NCBI GenBank assembly: GCA_000004695.1
Contig: CM000152.2
Coordinates: 4,832,001 to 4,896,000, forward strand
Direction of reading: 5' to 3'
Length of the DNA: 64,000 nt
Origin: Dictyostelium discoideum
Taxonomy: Eukaryota
Below the pieces are notes generated by a model. It saw only the letters and a program-made list of their open reading frames with translations. It had not been told where the DNA came from and did no database searches. Positions 13,833 through 25,069 of this stretch are shown here, piece by piece; positions within the stretch are counted from its first letter, which is position 1; each line of letters opens with the position of its first letter. Made by a program: the position numbers and the translations under genes.

Positions 13833-13967
13833 GTTTTTTTGATCTTGATTTTTATTTATATCAAAGGTTTATTTTTTTTCATTTATTTTTATTTTTTTTC
13901 ATTTATTTTTATTTTTTTTATTTTTCCAAAAATTATTTTTCTTTACTGTTAGGTTTTTTTTTTTTTT

Positions 13968-16415
13968 TTAAAGAGCATGTTTTCCAACTTTAAAAGCTAC
14001 ACATGTTACATGATCCATTTTACCTTTATATTCTTTGAGATTATCAGGTAAAGGTTTATTAGGGAAATTAACCATGAATTCTCTTGAAGATTTAGTGGTT
14101 TCAACACAATGTTCAACCAATTTTTCAGTGATAAATTTGGCGGTGATAGGATCTTGTTCTTGATCATGAGTTCTAAGTTTTTTCTTGAGGAATTCTTGAG
14201 TATATTTGGTTTTAGCTTCCAAAGCCTTATCAGGTTCCATATCGGACCAATTTTCATAGTTCAATTGAAGATCTCTTGGTGTCCAACCAACGGTTTGAGG
14301 ATCTAAATTATCATGGACACCATCAGAGATCAATACGATGATATCATTTTCATTACAAGGTAAAAAGTGGAGACAAAGATTTCTGAGATCAGGTTGGCCA
14401 TTGGCAACGTATGGACCAAGACGACCACCTGGATCTTTTGGATCATCAACATTACCACGATTGTTCTTTGTGATATCTGTGAATTTCTTTGAGCTGGCAG
14501 AATAGTGGAAAGCTTTACAATCACCAACTGAAGCACAAATGAAACCCCATTTCGATGGTGGAGCATTGATATCCTTTACAATGGAACCAGCATTGTTTAC
14601 TGAAGCCGATAGGCCATTGGAAACGATACCACTACCGGTGAGATTGGCAAAGTTTGCTCCTATAACTGGTTTATTTACACCTGAACGACCCAATTGTGAT
14701 GATGGTTCTGGTTTTGATGCTTCGCTTTGTTGAAGTTCAACCAATACACCACCCAATAATGTTGTGGTACCAGCTTCCCAAATATCGGATTTACCTTCGA
14801 CAATACGATTATGTGCATAATTGAAGGCCGATAAAATGTGATTACCAGCGTCTTGAACGGTTTGAATCTCTGAAGACAATGCTTTGCTCATGAAATCAAC
14901 AAAACTAATGGATGCTCTGGTTGCAGCTTCGGCTGGACGGGAACCCCAATTACAACCATCAGCAACGGCTGCAATGATACGACTTGCTTGAATTTGTACA
15001 CAGAAATGATCGCAAATTGGGTCACCCTCACGTTTTGGATGATTTGGTAAGTGAGGATAGGTTGAAATTGTACGAGCATAGAAATTATTATTAAAACAAC
15101 TATGAAATGTTGACTCTAATGCATCGGCTGATGGACCATTGATTGTACTGGTGAAAGTATCATTCTTTGGATCCACTATTAAAAATTTAGGGAATTGATT
15201 TTGTACACTACCAATTACAACTGGTGCTAAATCAATACCACGTAATGATCCCATATTTGATTGACTTTTTACACGATCCAATGAAATTGAATTATGATCT
15301 TCAAATCCATTTGGATAAATTGTTGTTGGTTTTTCATAACTTATTACATTTGAAATATTATTATTATTATTATTATTTGAATTATTATTATTACTTGAAT
15401 TTGTATTACCACTTTTAACAGAATTTAATTGATGTTGTTTCTTTTCAATCATTTTTTTTAATTGTAAAGTTTGATTATGTACTAATGCTATTTGTTCATT
15501 TAATGATTTTTCTAATTTTTCGGATTGTAAAATTAATTCATCAATTTCATTTTGTTCTTGCTGTAATTTTGCTGTACTTAAACCACCGCCACCACCTCCA
15601 CCACCGCCACCTCCACCACCACTAAGATCTATATCACTGCTTGCTATAGGATTTAAGTAGGCATTATCAGATTCATCACATGGTAATGACTGAAAATCTT
15701 GTAACATATTTAAAACTTGATAGTATTGTGGATTTGGTTTTGAATTTGACATAATTAGATTCAAACAAACATCTAATAACTTTAAACCCAAATGAGTGTT
15801 TGGTGGTGTTGATTGTTTCTTTTCACGTAATAAACTTTGATATACTTTGGTTGCTTTTTCAATTGATTTATGTAATTTATAAATTGGATTTGCTTGTGAC
15901 ATATCCTTATTGGATGCTTCGGATTTCAATCGATTCCATGATTGTTCGTCATTGGATGCTGCTAATGCTGCTGCGGTTTGTGCTGTAGTTGGTTTAATGA
16001 AAAACAATTGTGAATTATCTCCAAATGGTAAACCAATGATCTCCAATACACCTCTATCCCACATTAATTGGCCATATTCTATTGCTTTGGCTCTACTAAT
16101 ATTTAATATACGTGATATCCAATCTATAATTTCATCACTTTGTAAATATTCAATACCTTTTGGTTTAGTTGATAATATACCTAAATTTAAATCTCTAATT
16201 TTATTTTCAATTATTCTTGCCTTTAATTTTTTATTTATTTATTATATTTATTTGTTTTTAATGAGCAAAAAAAATAAAAAAATAAAAAAAAAAAATAAAT
16301 AAAAAAAAAAAAATAAAGGGTAAAAAAAAAATTAATTTATTAGAATATTTAAAAATTTCTATTATTATTAATATAAAATAATGCCTACCTCGTCTTCTTT
16401 TAACAGTGAATCCAT
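13968..16415 (-). CDS. DEP domain + PP2C-like (PPM) phosphatase domain protein; exons 16389..16415, 13968..16220
   Basis: ORF 13968..16064 stays open upstream of its first Met up to an acceptor (TTAAAG) at 16221. A 168-nt AT-rich intron (16221..16388, donor GTAGGC) joins a 9-codon first exon, MDSLLKEDE. The N-terminal ...IIENKIRDLNLGILSTKPKGIEYLQSDEIIDWISRILNISRAKAIEYGQLMWDRGVLEII fits the DEP pattern. The C-terminal half has PPM-like motifs (AAVADGCNWGSRP..., GTTTLLGGVL, IVLISDGVHDNLDP). Confidence 0.7.
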
Positions 16416-16575
16416 TTTTTTATTATTTTATCTACTTTGTCTTTATCTTTACTTTTTATTTTATTTTTATTATTATTACTTAATTTATATTCTACACATA
16501 AAAAAAAAAAAAAAAAAAATAAAAAAAGCTTGTGATTATTTTTAATTTTATATTTTTTTTTTTTTTTCTTATGAT

Positions 16576-16607
<32 letters not shown>

Positions 16608-16939
16608 TTTTATATTTATTATTTTTATTAAATACAATATTATAATGATACAGTGTACTATTAATTTTTTTTTTTTTTTTAATTTATTTTTTAATTTTTT
16701 TTTTTTTTTTGCGATGGTTGGTGACGTTTGTTAGTTTTTGTGTTGTGTATGTGTGTATTTATTTATTTGATTGTGATGAATTTAAAGTCCAATTTTAACT
16801 TTTTTTTTTTTGAGAAAAAAAAAAATTAGAATATAAATAAATATAAATAATTAATTAATATATTAATATATATACAGCAACCTATTGGTGGTGATTTATT
16901 TATAAAAATTTTCAAAAAAAAAAAAAAAAAAAAAAACAA

Positions 16940-16976
<37 letters not shown>

Positions 16977-17714
16977 GAGGGTTGGTTTTTTTTTTTTTTT
17001 TTTTTTTTTTAATAAACTTTTTTTTTAAATAAACTTTTTTTTTTATTTTTATTTTTTTAATTTTTTTTTTTTTTTGGATCTTGATGTCAGGCCAGATTGG
17101 TTCCAATCTGATGAAAAAAACAAATCAAACCAAAAACTCGTATGCCAATATATATTTAAATAGAATTTTTTTTTTATACTTTTTTTTTTTTTTTTTTTTT
17201 TTCCAATGGGAATAATTATTAAAAAAACAAATTATTGATTTTATTTTTATTTTTATTTTTGTTGGTAAAATTTCAATATTTTAATTGTTGTAATAAAAAA
17301 AATTAATTTGGAGGTACCAAAGATAAGATCCAATAAAGTAATCTCTAAAGTCTTGATACCTTGCGATATTGTTATTATTATTATTATTAGCTTGATATCT
17401 TCACCTTTATTGATAGACCTACTATATTCTTTGATTTGATAGTTAGAATGGTAAAGCTGTGTTGTTCCCTTTATGTAAATGTTACATGCACCAACATTAT
17501 CACGATTTCAAGATTTGAATCTCTTCATTGTAATTTCTATGTAAAAAAAATCAATTAAATTCCTTTTAAATTGTTTTTCTGAATTATTTGATTTTTTATC
17601 TCTAATAAAATCTTGACAACAATAATCTCTTGAATAAATATAATTTAAATAATCATTTGCTTTTTTTTATATTACCATCTGCATATCCATATTCTAATTG
17701 GTTCTTCAAAGTTT

Positions 17715-17746
<32 letters not shown>

Positions 17747-17869
17747 CCAATTTTTTTTTTTTTTATTTTTTATTTTTTTTTTAATTTTTTTTTTATTTTT
17801 TTTCAAAAATTCATTTTTCATTTTTTCCACTCGGTTTTTACTATAGTTGATCAAACAAAAAAAAAAAAG

Positions 17870-19210
17870 ATGTCATTCATCAGAGGTGTTTGTAAATTAA
17901 GTAAAAATATCCGTTATACCGGATCAATAAACTCAATTTTAAATAAAGGTGTTATTGGTTCCACCATTAATACCAAAACCACTACCATCACCACTACCAC
18001 TACCAACACCACCAATAATACATTAGCATACAGAAATTATTGTAGTTCAACTACCACCACCACCACTACCAACACCACTCAAAATGAAATAAAAGAAGTA
18101 CCATATCAATTTTTAACATTAACAAATGAACAATGGGAATTAGCATTAGGTAAAGAAGTAAATAAAAACACAAAAGATTTCTTTGACTTGACTAAAAGTA
18201 GAACTACATTATTAAGAAAACCAACATTTGAAACCATTCAATGGTTATCAAAAATGAAAGAACAACGTTTTTATAAAGAATCACCACAAGATTATTGTAG
18301 GGTTTTAGATGGTGTAGCTGGTTCAGGTAAAAGTATATCATTAGCTCAAGTTGCATTTTGGGCACAACAACAAGATTGGTTGGTCGTTTATATTCCAAAT
18401 GCTAGTAGTTTTATCAACCGTGGTGCTTTAACTCACTTTAATATCAACCCATTATTATTTGCTCAAAATAATTTATGCTTTAATTTCATTAAACAATTTG
18501 TTGAAGTTAATCATGCAAAATTAAGAGAAATTAAATTAAAAACTAAATTTAAGGTAAATTTATTATAAAATTATTATAAATTATTATTATTATTCAATAA
18601 AAATACTAATTTTAACATCCTCCCCACCACCACCACCACCACCACCACTACCACCACCCCCCCCCCCCCCTCCATCATATAATTTTTTTTTTTATTTTTT
18701 TTTAGATTGAATCAACTGGATGGGAATCATCACCAAATAAAACATTATTTGACTTATTATCATCAACAAAGTATGATTCATCATCAGAAATTTTCTATCA
18801 TTTTAAGAGAGAATTAAATACAATTCATGAATTCCCAGTATTGGTTGCAATTGATGGTTTTAATCACTTTTATAGACCATCAGATTATGGTGATATGTAT
18901 GATTCAGCTTCAAATCTTGGTACTTTACCAACTGATAGATTAATGGCCTCTTCATTATTTAAAAATATTACATCACATCAAATCTCAAATGGTGTTGTCC
19001 TTGCTGCAACAACTAATGTCATTCCAAAACGTGAAATGTTTGAAGTTATCCCAGAAGAGAGTGTTTTAAATGTACCAATTTTTACAATTTATGAATTTAA
19101 ATTATTCATTAATTATTTGGTTGAAACTAAATATCTTGAAAAATGTATGTAAAATTTTAACAACAAAATTAATTTAAAAATGTATATATATATAAAAATG
19201 TTATTTTCCT

Positions 19211-19245
<35 letters not shown>

Positions 19246-19348
19246 CAAAAATTATTTAGCACCAAATCAAGAAACTATTGAATACTATTGGCAAATTTCA
19301 AGTGGCAACCCAAGAGAATTATGGAAAATCCTTCGTATTCTCCATTAA
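17870..19348 (+). CDS. mitochondrial ribosomal protein S29 / DAP3; exons 17870..18553, 18706..19144, 19260..19348
   Basis: The true start is the ATG at 17870 (MSFIRGVCKLS); the track ORF 17630.. begins in poly-T junk. The P-loop VLDGVAGSGKSISLAQVAFWAQQQDWLVVYIPNA matches the DAP3 family (GxxGxGKT/S...DWL..HIPD). Intron 1 runs from donor GTAAAT at 18554 to AG at 18704-05. Intron 2 runs from donor GTATGT at 19145 to AG at 19258-59. The final exon adds SPNQETIEYYWQISSGNPRELWKILRILH. Confidence 0.8.
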
Positions 19349-19536
19349 ACAAAATTGATTTAAGAAAAAAATAAAATAAAATAAAAAATAAAATAAAAAA
19401 ATTAAAAAAATTAAAAAAAAATAGTAATAATAAAAAAAAAAAAACCAAAAACAAAAACAAAATGGGTAAAAAGAAAATAAATTTATAGTGTATTTTACAA
19501 TATCTTTTTTTTTTTTTTATTTTCCAAAAAGTGAAA

Positions 19537-19880
19537 TTAATTGGCATGACTATTTCTGCTATTTTGTTTACGATTTCTTAAATCTCTAATCATTTTTTCT
19601 GGTGATTCTGGTCTATTTGATGGTTCACCATTTCTTTTGTTTGGTCTTTCTGATCTAATTCTTTCTCTCATTTCTCTTAATCTTTCAGCACCAGCTAAAT
19701 AATGGAAATAAAATATTAATTAATTAATATTTTCCTTTTTTAAGAAAAAAATAGTAATAATAATAAAAAAAAAAAAAAAAAAAAAAAAAACTTACGGTGG
19801 CTTGGATCAAATGCAGCTGAAACATTAGCAAAAACGCAAAATGCTAAGAAAATAGCAATTAAAATTAATTTTAAATTCAT
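19537..19880 (-). CDS. small secreted Arg/Glu-rich protein (about 80 aa); exons 19796..19880, 19537..19694
   Basis: Minus ATG at 19880. Exon 1 [28 protein letters not shown] is a clear signal peptide. Donor GTAAGT, 101-nt AT-rich intron, acceptor TTATTTAG. Exon 2 encodes [52 protein letters not shown]. No homolog recognised. Confidence 0.45.
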
Positions 19881-20576
19881 TGTTGTGATGGTAATAAGAA
19901 TACTTGAAATATATATATAGATTTATTTTTTTAATTTTTTTTTTTGTAAAAACAAAAACAAAAAAAAAATAAAAAAAAATAAAAAAAAAAAAATAAAAAA
20001 AAAAAAAATAAAAAAAAAAAAAATAAAAACTTTGGGCTAGATATTTTCAAATTCTTAAAATAATCAGTTTAATTTTAAGTAGATTTTTTCTTCAAAAGAA
20101 AAGTGACTTTTAATCTGCCTGTAACCAAAAAAAAAAAAACCACAATAAAAAAAATTTTAATAAAGAAATAATATAAAAAATAAAAAAAAAATAATATAAA
20201 AATAAAAAAAATATTATTTTTTAATAAAAAAATAAAAAAAATAAAACTAAATAATAAAAATAATAATAAAAAAAGTAAAAGAAAAGTAATAAAAAAATAA
20301 TGAAAATAAAATAAAACAAAAAAAAAAAAAAAAAAAATAAAAGTAATAATAAAAAAAAGTACTTAAAATAAAAATAATAATAAAAATATTTGAAAAACAC
20401 AAAAAAATGTTGATTTGTTTAAATCCCGATTAATTTGAAATCAATTTTTATCAAATTCTCAAAAAAAAAAAAATTCTCAAAAAAAAAAAATCTTTTTTGG
20501 TCATTTTTTTTTTTTAATATTCCAACATCGTTTTTTTATTTATCAATTTAAATTTATCAATTTAAATTTATCTAAA

Positions 20577-20692
20577 ATGTTAGTTAAAGTATCAATTCAC
20601 GGACAAGAGTATGATTTAGAAGTTCAACCAACTGATAAAATTCAAGAAATCAAATCAAAAATTAATGAACTAAATGTAATTTTTAATTTTTG

Positions 20693-20735
<43 letters not shown>

Positions 20736-20753
20736 TCAACAATTCCTTATTGA

Positions 20754-20785
<32 letters not shown>

Positions 20786-20987
20786 CTCAAAAAAGGGAAC
20801 ACCTGTTGAACAAATCCATCCATATATTGCAGGACATGCAATGAAAGATGGTACTACAATTTCAGATTATCCTCAAATTGTAGAAGGATCAAAAATTCAA
20901 GTTAGAGTCATACTCAAATCACAATCTGACAATTCTGAAAAATCAGAAAAATCAGGAAAATCTGAAAAGGATTGTATTTTAATGTAA
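20577..20987 (+). CDS. ubiquitin-like (beta-grasp) protein with C-terminal CaaX box CILM; exons 20577..20675, 20796..20987
   Basis: MLVKVSIHGQEYDLEVQPTDKIQEIKSKINELN|GTPVEQIHPYIAGHAMKDGTTISDYPQIVEGSKIQVRVILKSQSDNSEKSEKSGKSEKDCILM. Donor GTAATT at 20676; 120-nt intron of A and T runs; acceptor AG at 20794-95. The ubiquitin/NEDD8-like core (MLVKV..., pattern of K I..K E G.P. Q.L I..G K...D..T..DY.I) is followed by a charged linker and a Cys-aliphatic-aliphatic-Met farnesylation box. Confidence 0.6.
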
Positions 20988-21136
20988 ATCAAATAAATAG
21001 AAGAAAAAAACAAAAATAAAATAAAATAAAATAAAATAAAATAAAATAAAATAAAATAAAATAAAAATAAACTACCCCCTTTTAATTTTGGTTTTTACAA
21101 ATTATATTTTTTTTTATTTATTTAATTATTTTATAA

Positions 21137-22186
21137 TTAAAAATCTTTTGAATTTTTAATTAGAGCTCTTCTTGCTAATTCTAAAGAACCAATTGAACCA
21201 GCATGAGAAGCAAAAGGTGATTGAACAATATATTGATCAATGAAATCATTTGTTAAATATTTTGATTTGATATAACCATTTAAAATTTTGATAGTTTCAG
21301 TACGAATGATTGGATAAAGAATTGAACGATTTAAAACACCACCACCTAAAACAATGACTTGAGGTGATAATAAACAAGTGATATTTGCACATAATTGAGC
21401 TAAATAATTACCAATGATTAACCAAACTGGATGATCATCATTAATCTCTGATAGTTTATCAGCATTGATACCTAAACGTTTTGAAATTGCACCTGTGCTT
21501 ACTAAACCTTCGATACAATTACCATGGAATGGACAAGTACCTTGAAAATCTTTATCACCATCTTGAATTTTACAAAAACTATGACCACCCTCTGGATGAA
21601 CCAGACCATGAATACAACTACCATTAACTACACAACCAACACCAACACCTGTACCAACGGTAATATAAGCACATGATGTAATCTCACCCCTTTTATGAAG
21701 TCCATGAAATGTCTCTGATATTGCTGCACCATTTACATCTGTATCAAATCCTTTTGGACATTTATAATCATCAAACCAACCTAATATATTTGTTTGTCCC
21801 CAATTTGGTTTTGGTGTTGTTGTAATGTATCCATAGGTTTCACTACTCTCATCTAAATCAATTGGTCCAAATGATGCAATACCAATAGCACCAATATTAT
21901 TACCACCTTTATTCTTTACCCATTCTAATACTTTATTTTTAGTTTCCTCAACACTCGTTGTTGGTATTGATGTTCTTTCTATAACATTTGATGGTTTATT
22001 AATTGCAATTGATAAACAAATTGATGTACCTCTATTTATTTATTTGTTTATTTTTATTTTAATAATATAAATATTTATATACATATATATATATATATGT
22101 TACTAGTTTTTAATATGTATTAAAAATTTTAATTTTATTACATACCCTGCTTCCACACCAAGAAATTTTTGTTCATTTTTAATCAT
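21137..22186 (-). CDS. ROK-family sugar kinase (fructokinase/N-acetylglucosamine kinase-like); exons 22146..22186, 21137..22031
   Basis: Absent from the ORF track as one piece, but the minus strand reads MIKNEQKFLGVEAG|GTSICLSIAINKP...KNKGGNNIGAIGIASFGPIDLDESSETYGYITTTPKPNWGQTNILGWF...YITVGTGVGVGCVVNGSCIHGLVHPEGGHSFC...CPFHGNCIEGLVSTGAISKRL...VLGGGVLN...SPFASHAGSIGSLELARRAL. The DxGGT-like ATPase motif (VEAGGT), the ROK zinc motif C-x-C-G-x2-G-C-x-E (CPFHGNCIEGL) and GGG are all present. Donor GTATGT, 114-nt intron 22032..22145. GC content is noticeably higher than the surroundings. Confidence 0.75.
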
Positions 22187-23190
22187 TTTTTTTTGATAAG
22201 CACACAATTAAAAAATTAAAAATAAAAAAAAAACAAAAATAAAAAAAAATTAAAAAATTAAAATAAAAAATTTAAATTAATAAAGTAAATTTTGTAAAAT
22301 GAAAAAGTTATCCAAAAAATAAAAAATTTAAAAAAATTTAATTAAAATGTTATCCAAAAAAAAAAAAAAATAAAAAAAAAAAATTAAAAAAAAAAAAAAA
22401 AATAAAAAAAAAAAAAAAAAAATTTGCTATAAAAAAAATCTAAAAATTTCCCAATTTAATTTTTTAAATCATGTAAAATAATTTTTATTAAAATTAATTT
22501 AATTTCCATAATTGAAAATAATTTATTTTTTTAAGGAAATTGTCAAAATTAATATTTTTATTAATTTTAATTTTATTTTTTTATTTTTAATCTTTTAATT
22601 ATTTCAGTAAATTGAGATAATATTTACATAATATTTTTTATTATATTTTGATTTTTTTTTAAAAATCTATAAAAAAATAAAAAAAAATAAAAATTTAATA
22701 AAAAAATAAAAAATAAACCAATTCAACCAAATCAATTTTTTTTCTTTTTTTTTTTTATACATAAAATATATTATCTATCAATTGTTCAAAAAAAAAAAAA
22801 AAAATTTGTAATCAGTTTTTTAAAAATTCTTTTTATTTTTAGACAAAGAAAATTAAATTAAATTCTGAAAAAGAAATAATAAAAAAAAAATAACTATTGT
22901 AAAAGATAAATATCTTATTTCTTTTATATATGACAAGAGGTTCGGAGAATTACTATTTATTCTATTTTTTTTTTTTTTTTTTTTTTCAATGAATTAATAT
23001 TGACAAACTAGTTTCTACAAATAGTAATAAATTAATTACTAGTATTTAATTTTTAAATTTTGATGAAGCAATTCTGAGCACTGGGGTAACGAATTTTTTA
23101 TTTCTTAAAACTAAAAATTTGAAAATAATAATTCAAAATTAGTATTTATTTAATGAAAAATGGAATAAAGATAAAATTGATTCATAAAAA

Positions 23191-23894
23191 TTAAAATGCA
23201 TAAATTTTGTGTGTGTTGTATAGATATATGTACATACAGAATAAACCAAGTGCAAGTGCAGTAGCACCACCAACAATAACTGATAAACCTGTATAAAATT
23301 GAGAATCACCACTTGATAAAATAGTTCTTGATTTAATATCACCATTTGTATCGAAAATAACTTGAAGTTGTATAACCTTTTTATTTTTTAAATCATTAAA
23401 CCAATAACTATGTATTATTATAAATTATTAATTATTATTAATAAATATATATATTGATTTACAATAATTCTAGAATTATAATTTACTTACGTTACTTTAA
23501 CATCACCATTTTGAGAGACGATGGCAGTTGGTGATTTAAAAGATGGTTTTAAAAAATTTAAAGAACTACCAAAATAATTCTCTTTATCTTCATAACCACC
23601 TGGTGACCAAAGTACACCAGTTACACCATGAATTACTTGATCAACCCAATATAAACTAATTCTTTCTTTATCTAAACGATCGAAATCTTTCCAACCCATT
23701 TCACGGAATACAATACCACTGAATTTTTCAGCACTGTATTCCTTATCTCTAAATGAAAATAAACATGTCTCTAATTCTTGATTTAATTCACTTTGAATAT
23801 TTCTTTTAACTGGTTTAAAATCTTCTGGGAATGCAATTGACCCATTTGCTCTTTTTTAAATTTAAAATTTAAAAAAAAAAAAATTAAAATAAAA

Positions 23895-23933
<39 letters not shown>

Positions 23934-24017
23934 AAAATATTGTTAAAAACCACCAATTAAATAACTTGAAATAATAAAATTAAATCTTTACCTTCTTGAT
24001 TTTGTTGGGGTATCCAT
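23191..24017 (-). CDS. hypothetical single-pass membrane protein; exons 23992..24017, 23491..23850, 23191..23407
   Basis: Minus ATG at 24017 (MDTPTKSR). Donor GTAAAG, 141-nt intron, acceptor AG. Exon 2 carries ORF 23487..23699 (...FREMGWKDFDRLDKERISLYWVDQVIHGVTGVLWSPGGYEDKENYFGSS...). Donor GTAAGT at 23490, 83-nt intron. Exon 3 encodes YWFNDLKNKKVIQLQVIFDTNGDIKSRTILSSGDSQFYTGLSVIVGGATALALGLFCMYIYLYNTHKIYAF with a C-terminal TM helix. The 3' end is uncertain because an alternative GTATGT donor exists at ...GLF|. Confidence 0.5.
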
Positions 24018-24146
24018 GTTTTATTTCCTATAGTTTGCGTTTTTTTATAAAAAAAAAAAAAAAAAAAATACAGAGAAAAAAAAAATAATTAAAATTAAAT
24101 TTTTAAAAAAAATTGATTTTTCCCTTTTTTTTTTTTTTCAACACCC

Positions 24147-24186
<40 letters not shown>

Positions 24187-24413
24187 TTATAAAAAAAAAA
24201 AAAAAAAACAGAGCCTAAAAAGGATTGGTCACTGATATTTCAGTGTTCCCTATCATTTCATTTTTTTTTTTTTTTTTTTTTTATAAATTATTTTGTTGTT
24301 TTTATTAATTATTTTATTGTTACTATTTATAAATTATTTTTATTTTTTATTTTTTATTTTTTTTTTATTTTTTTATTTTTTTTATTTTACTATTATTATT
24401 ATTAATATTTTCT

Positions 24414-24611
24414 TTAAGCACTATTAAGTCTACGACCTCTTGCAATTCTTTCTTTAATAATTCTACGTCCACCTACAGTTGACATTCTCTTTAAAAAACC
24501 ATGTCTTCTCTTTCTAACAAGAACTGATGGTTGATATGTTCTCTTTAAAAGTTCATAAGTGTTTTCTAAAAATTAAATAAATATTTATTATTATTATTTT
24601 ATTTTATTTTA

Positions 24612-24664
<53 letters not shown>

Positions 24665-25069
24665 TTATTATATTATTATATGATTGTTATTATTATTATT
24701 ATGATAAATACCATTAAGTTCAGATTCTTCTACAATGTTGATTTCATTTATAATATTTTCATTAATGATACTTGGTTTAAGTGAAAATACTAATGGATCA
24801 ATTTCAAATGGTGATGGACCAACTGAAATATCATCCATAGTGTTGTTATCATAATATTTAATATCAATATTTTCACTGATTTCGATTGGTTTTTCAAAAT
24901 TAAAGTATTGTTTATTATTATTGACATTTAAAATATTAATTGGTGATCTATTTTCAAAGATTGCATTTGATTTATTGGTATATAATAATGGATTGAAATT
25001 CTTATTTATCATTCCACTTGAAAAACTATTTGGAAGTCTATTTAATAAATATCTACAAGATGAAAACAT
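24414..25069 (-). CDS. mitochondrial ribosomal protein L34 (bL34m) with long N-terminal extension; exons 24712..25069, 24414..24565
   Basis: Exon 1 is ORF 24668..25069 ([19 protein letters not shown]..., presequence-like) truncated at donor GTATTT 24706-24711. A 146-nt intron follows. Exon 2 encodes [50 protein letters not shown], matching the universal L34 motif KRTYQPS..RKR.HGF..RM.T..GR. Confidence 0.6.
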
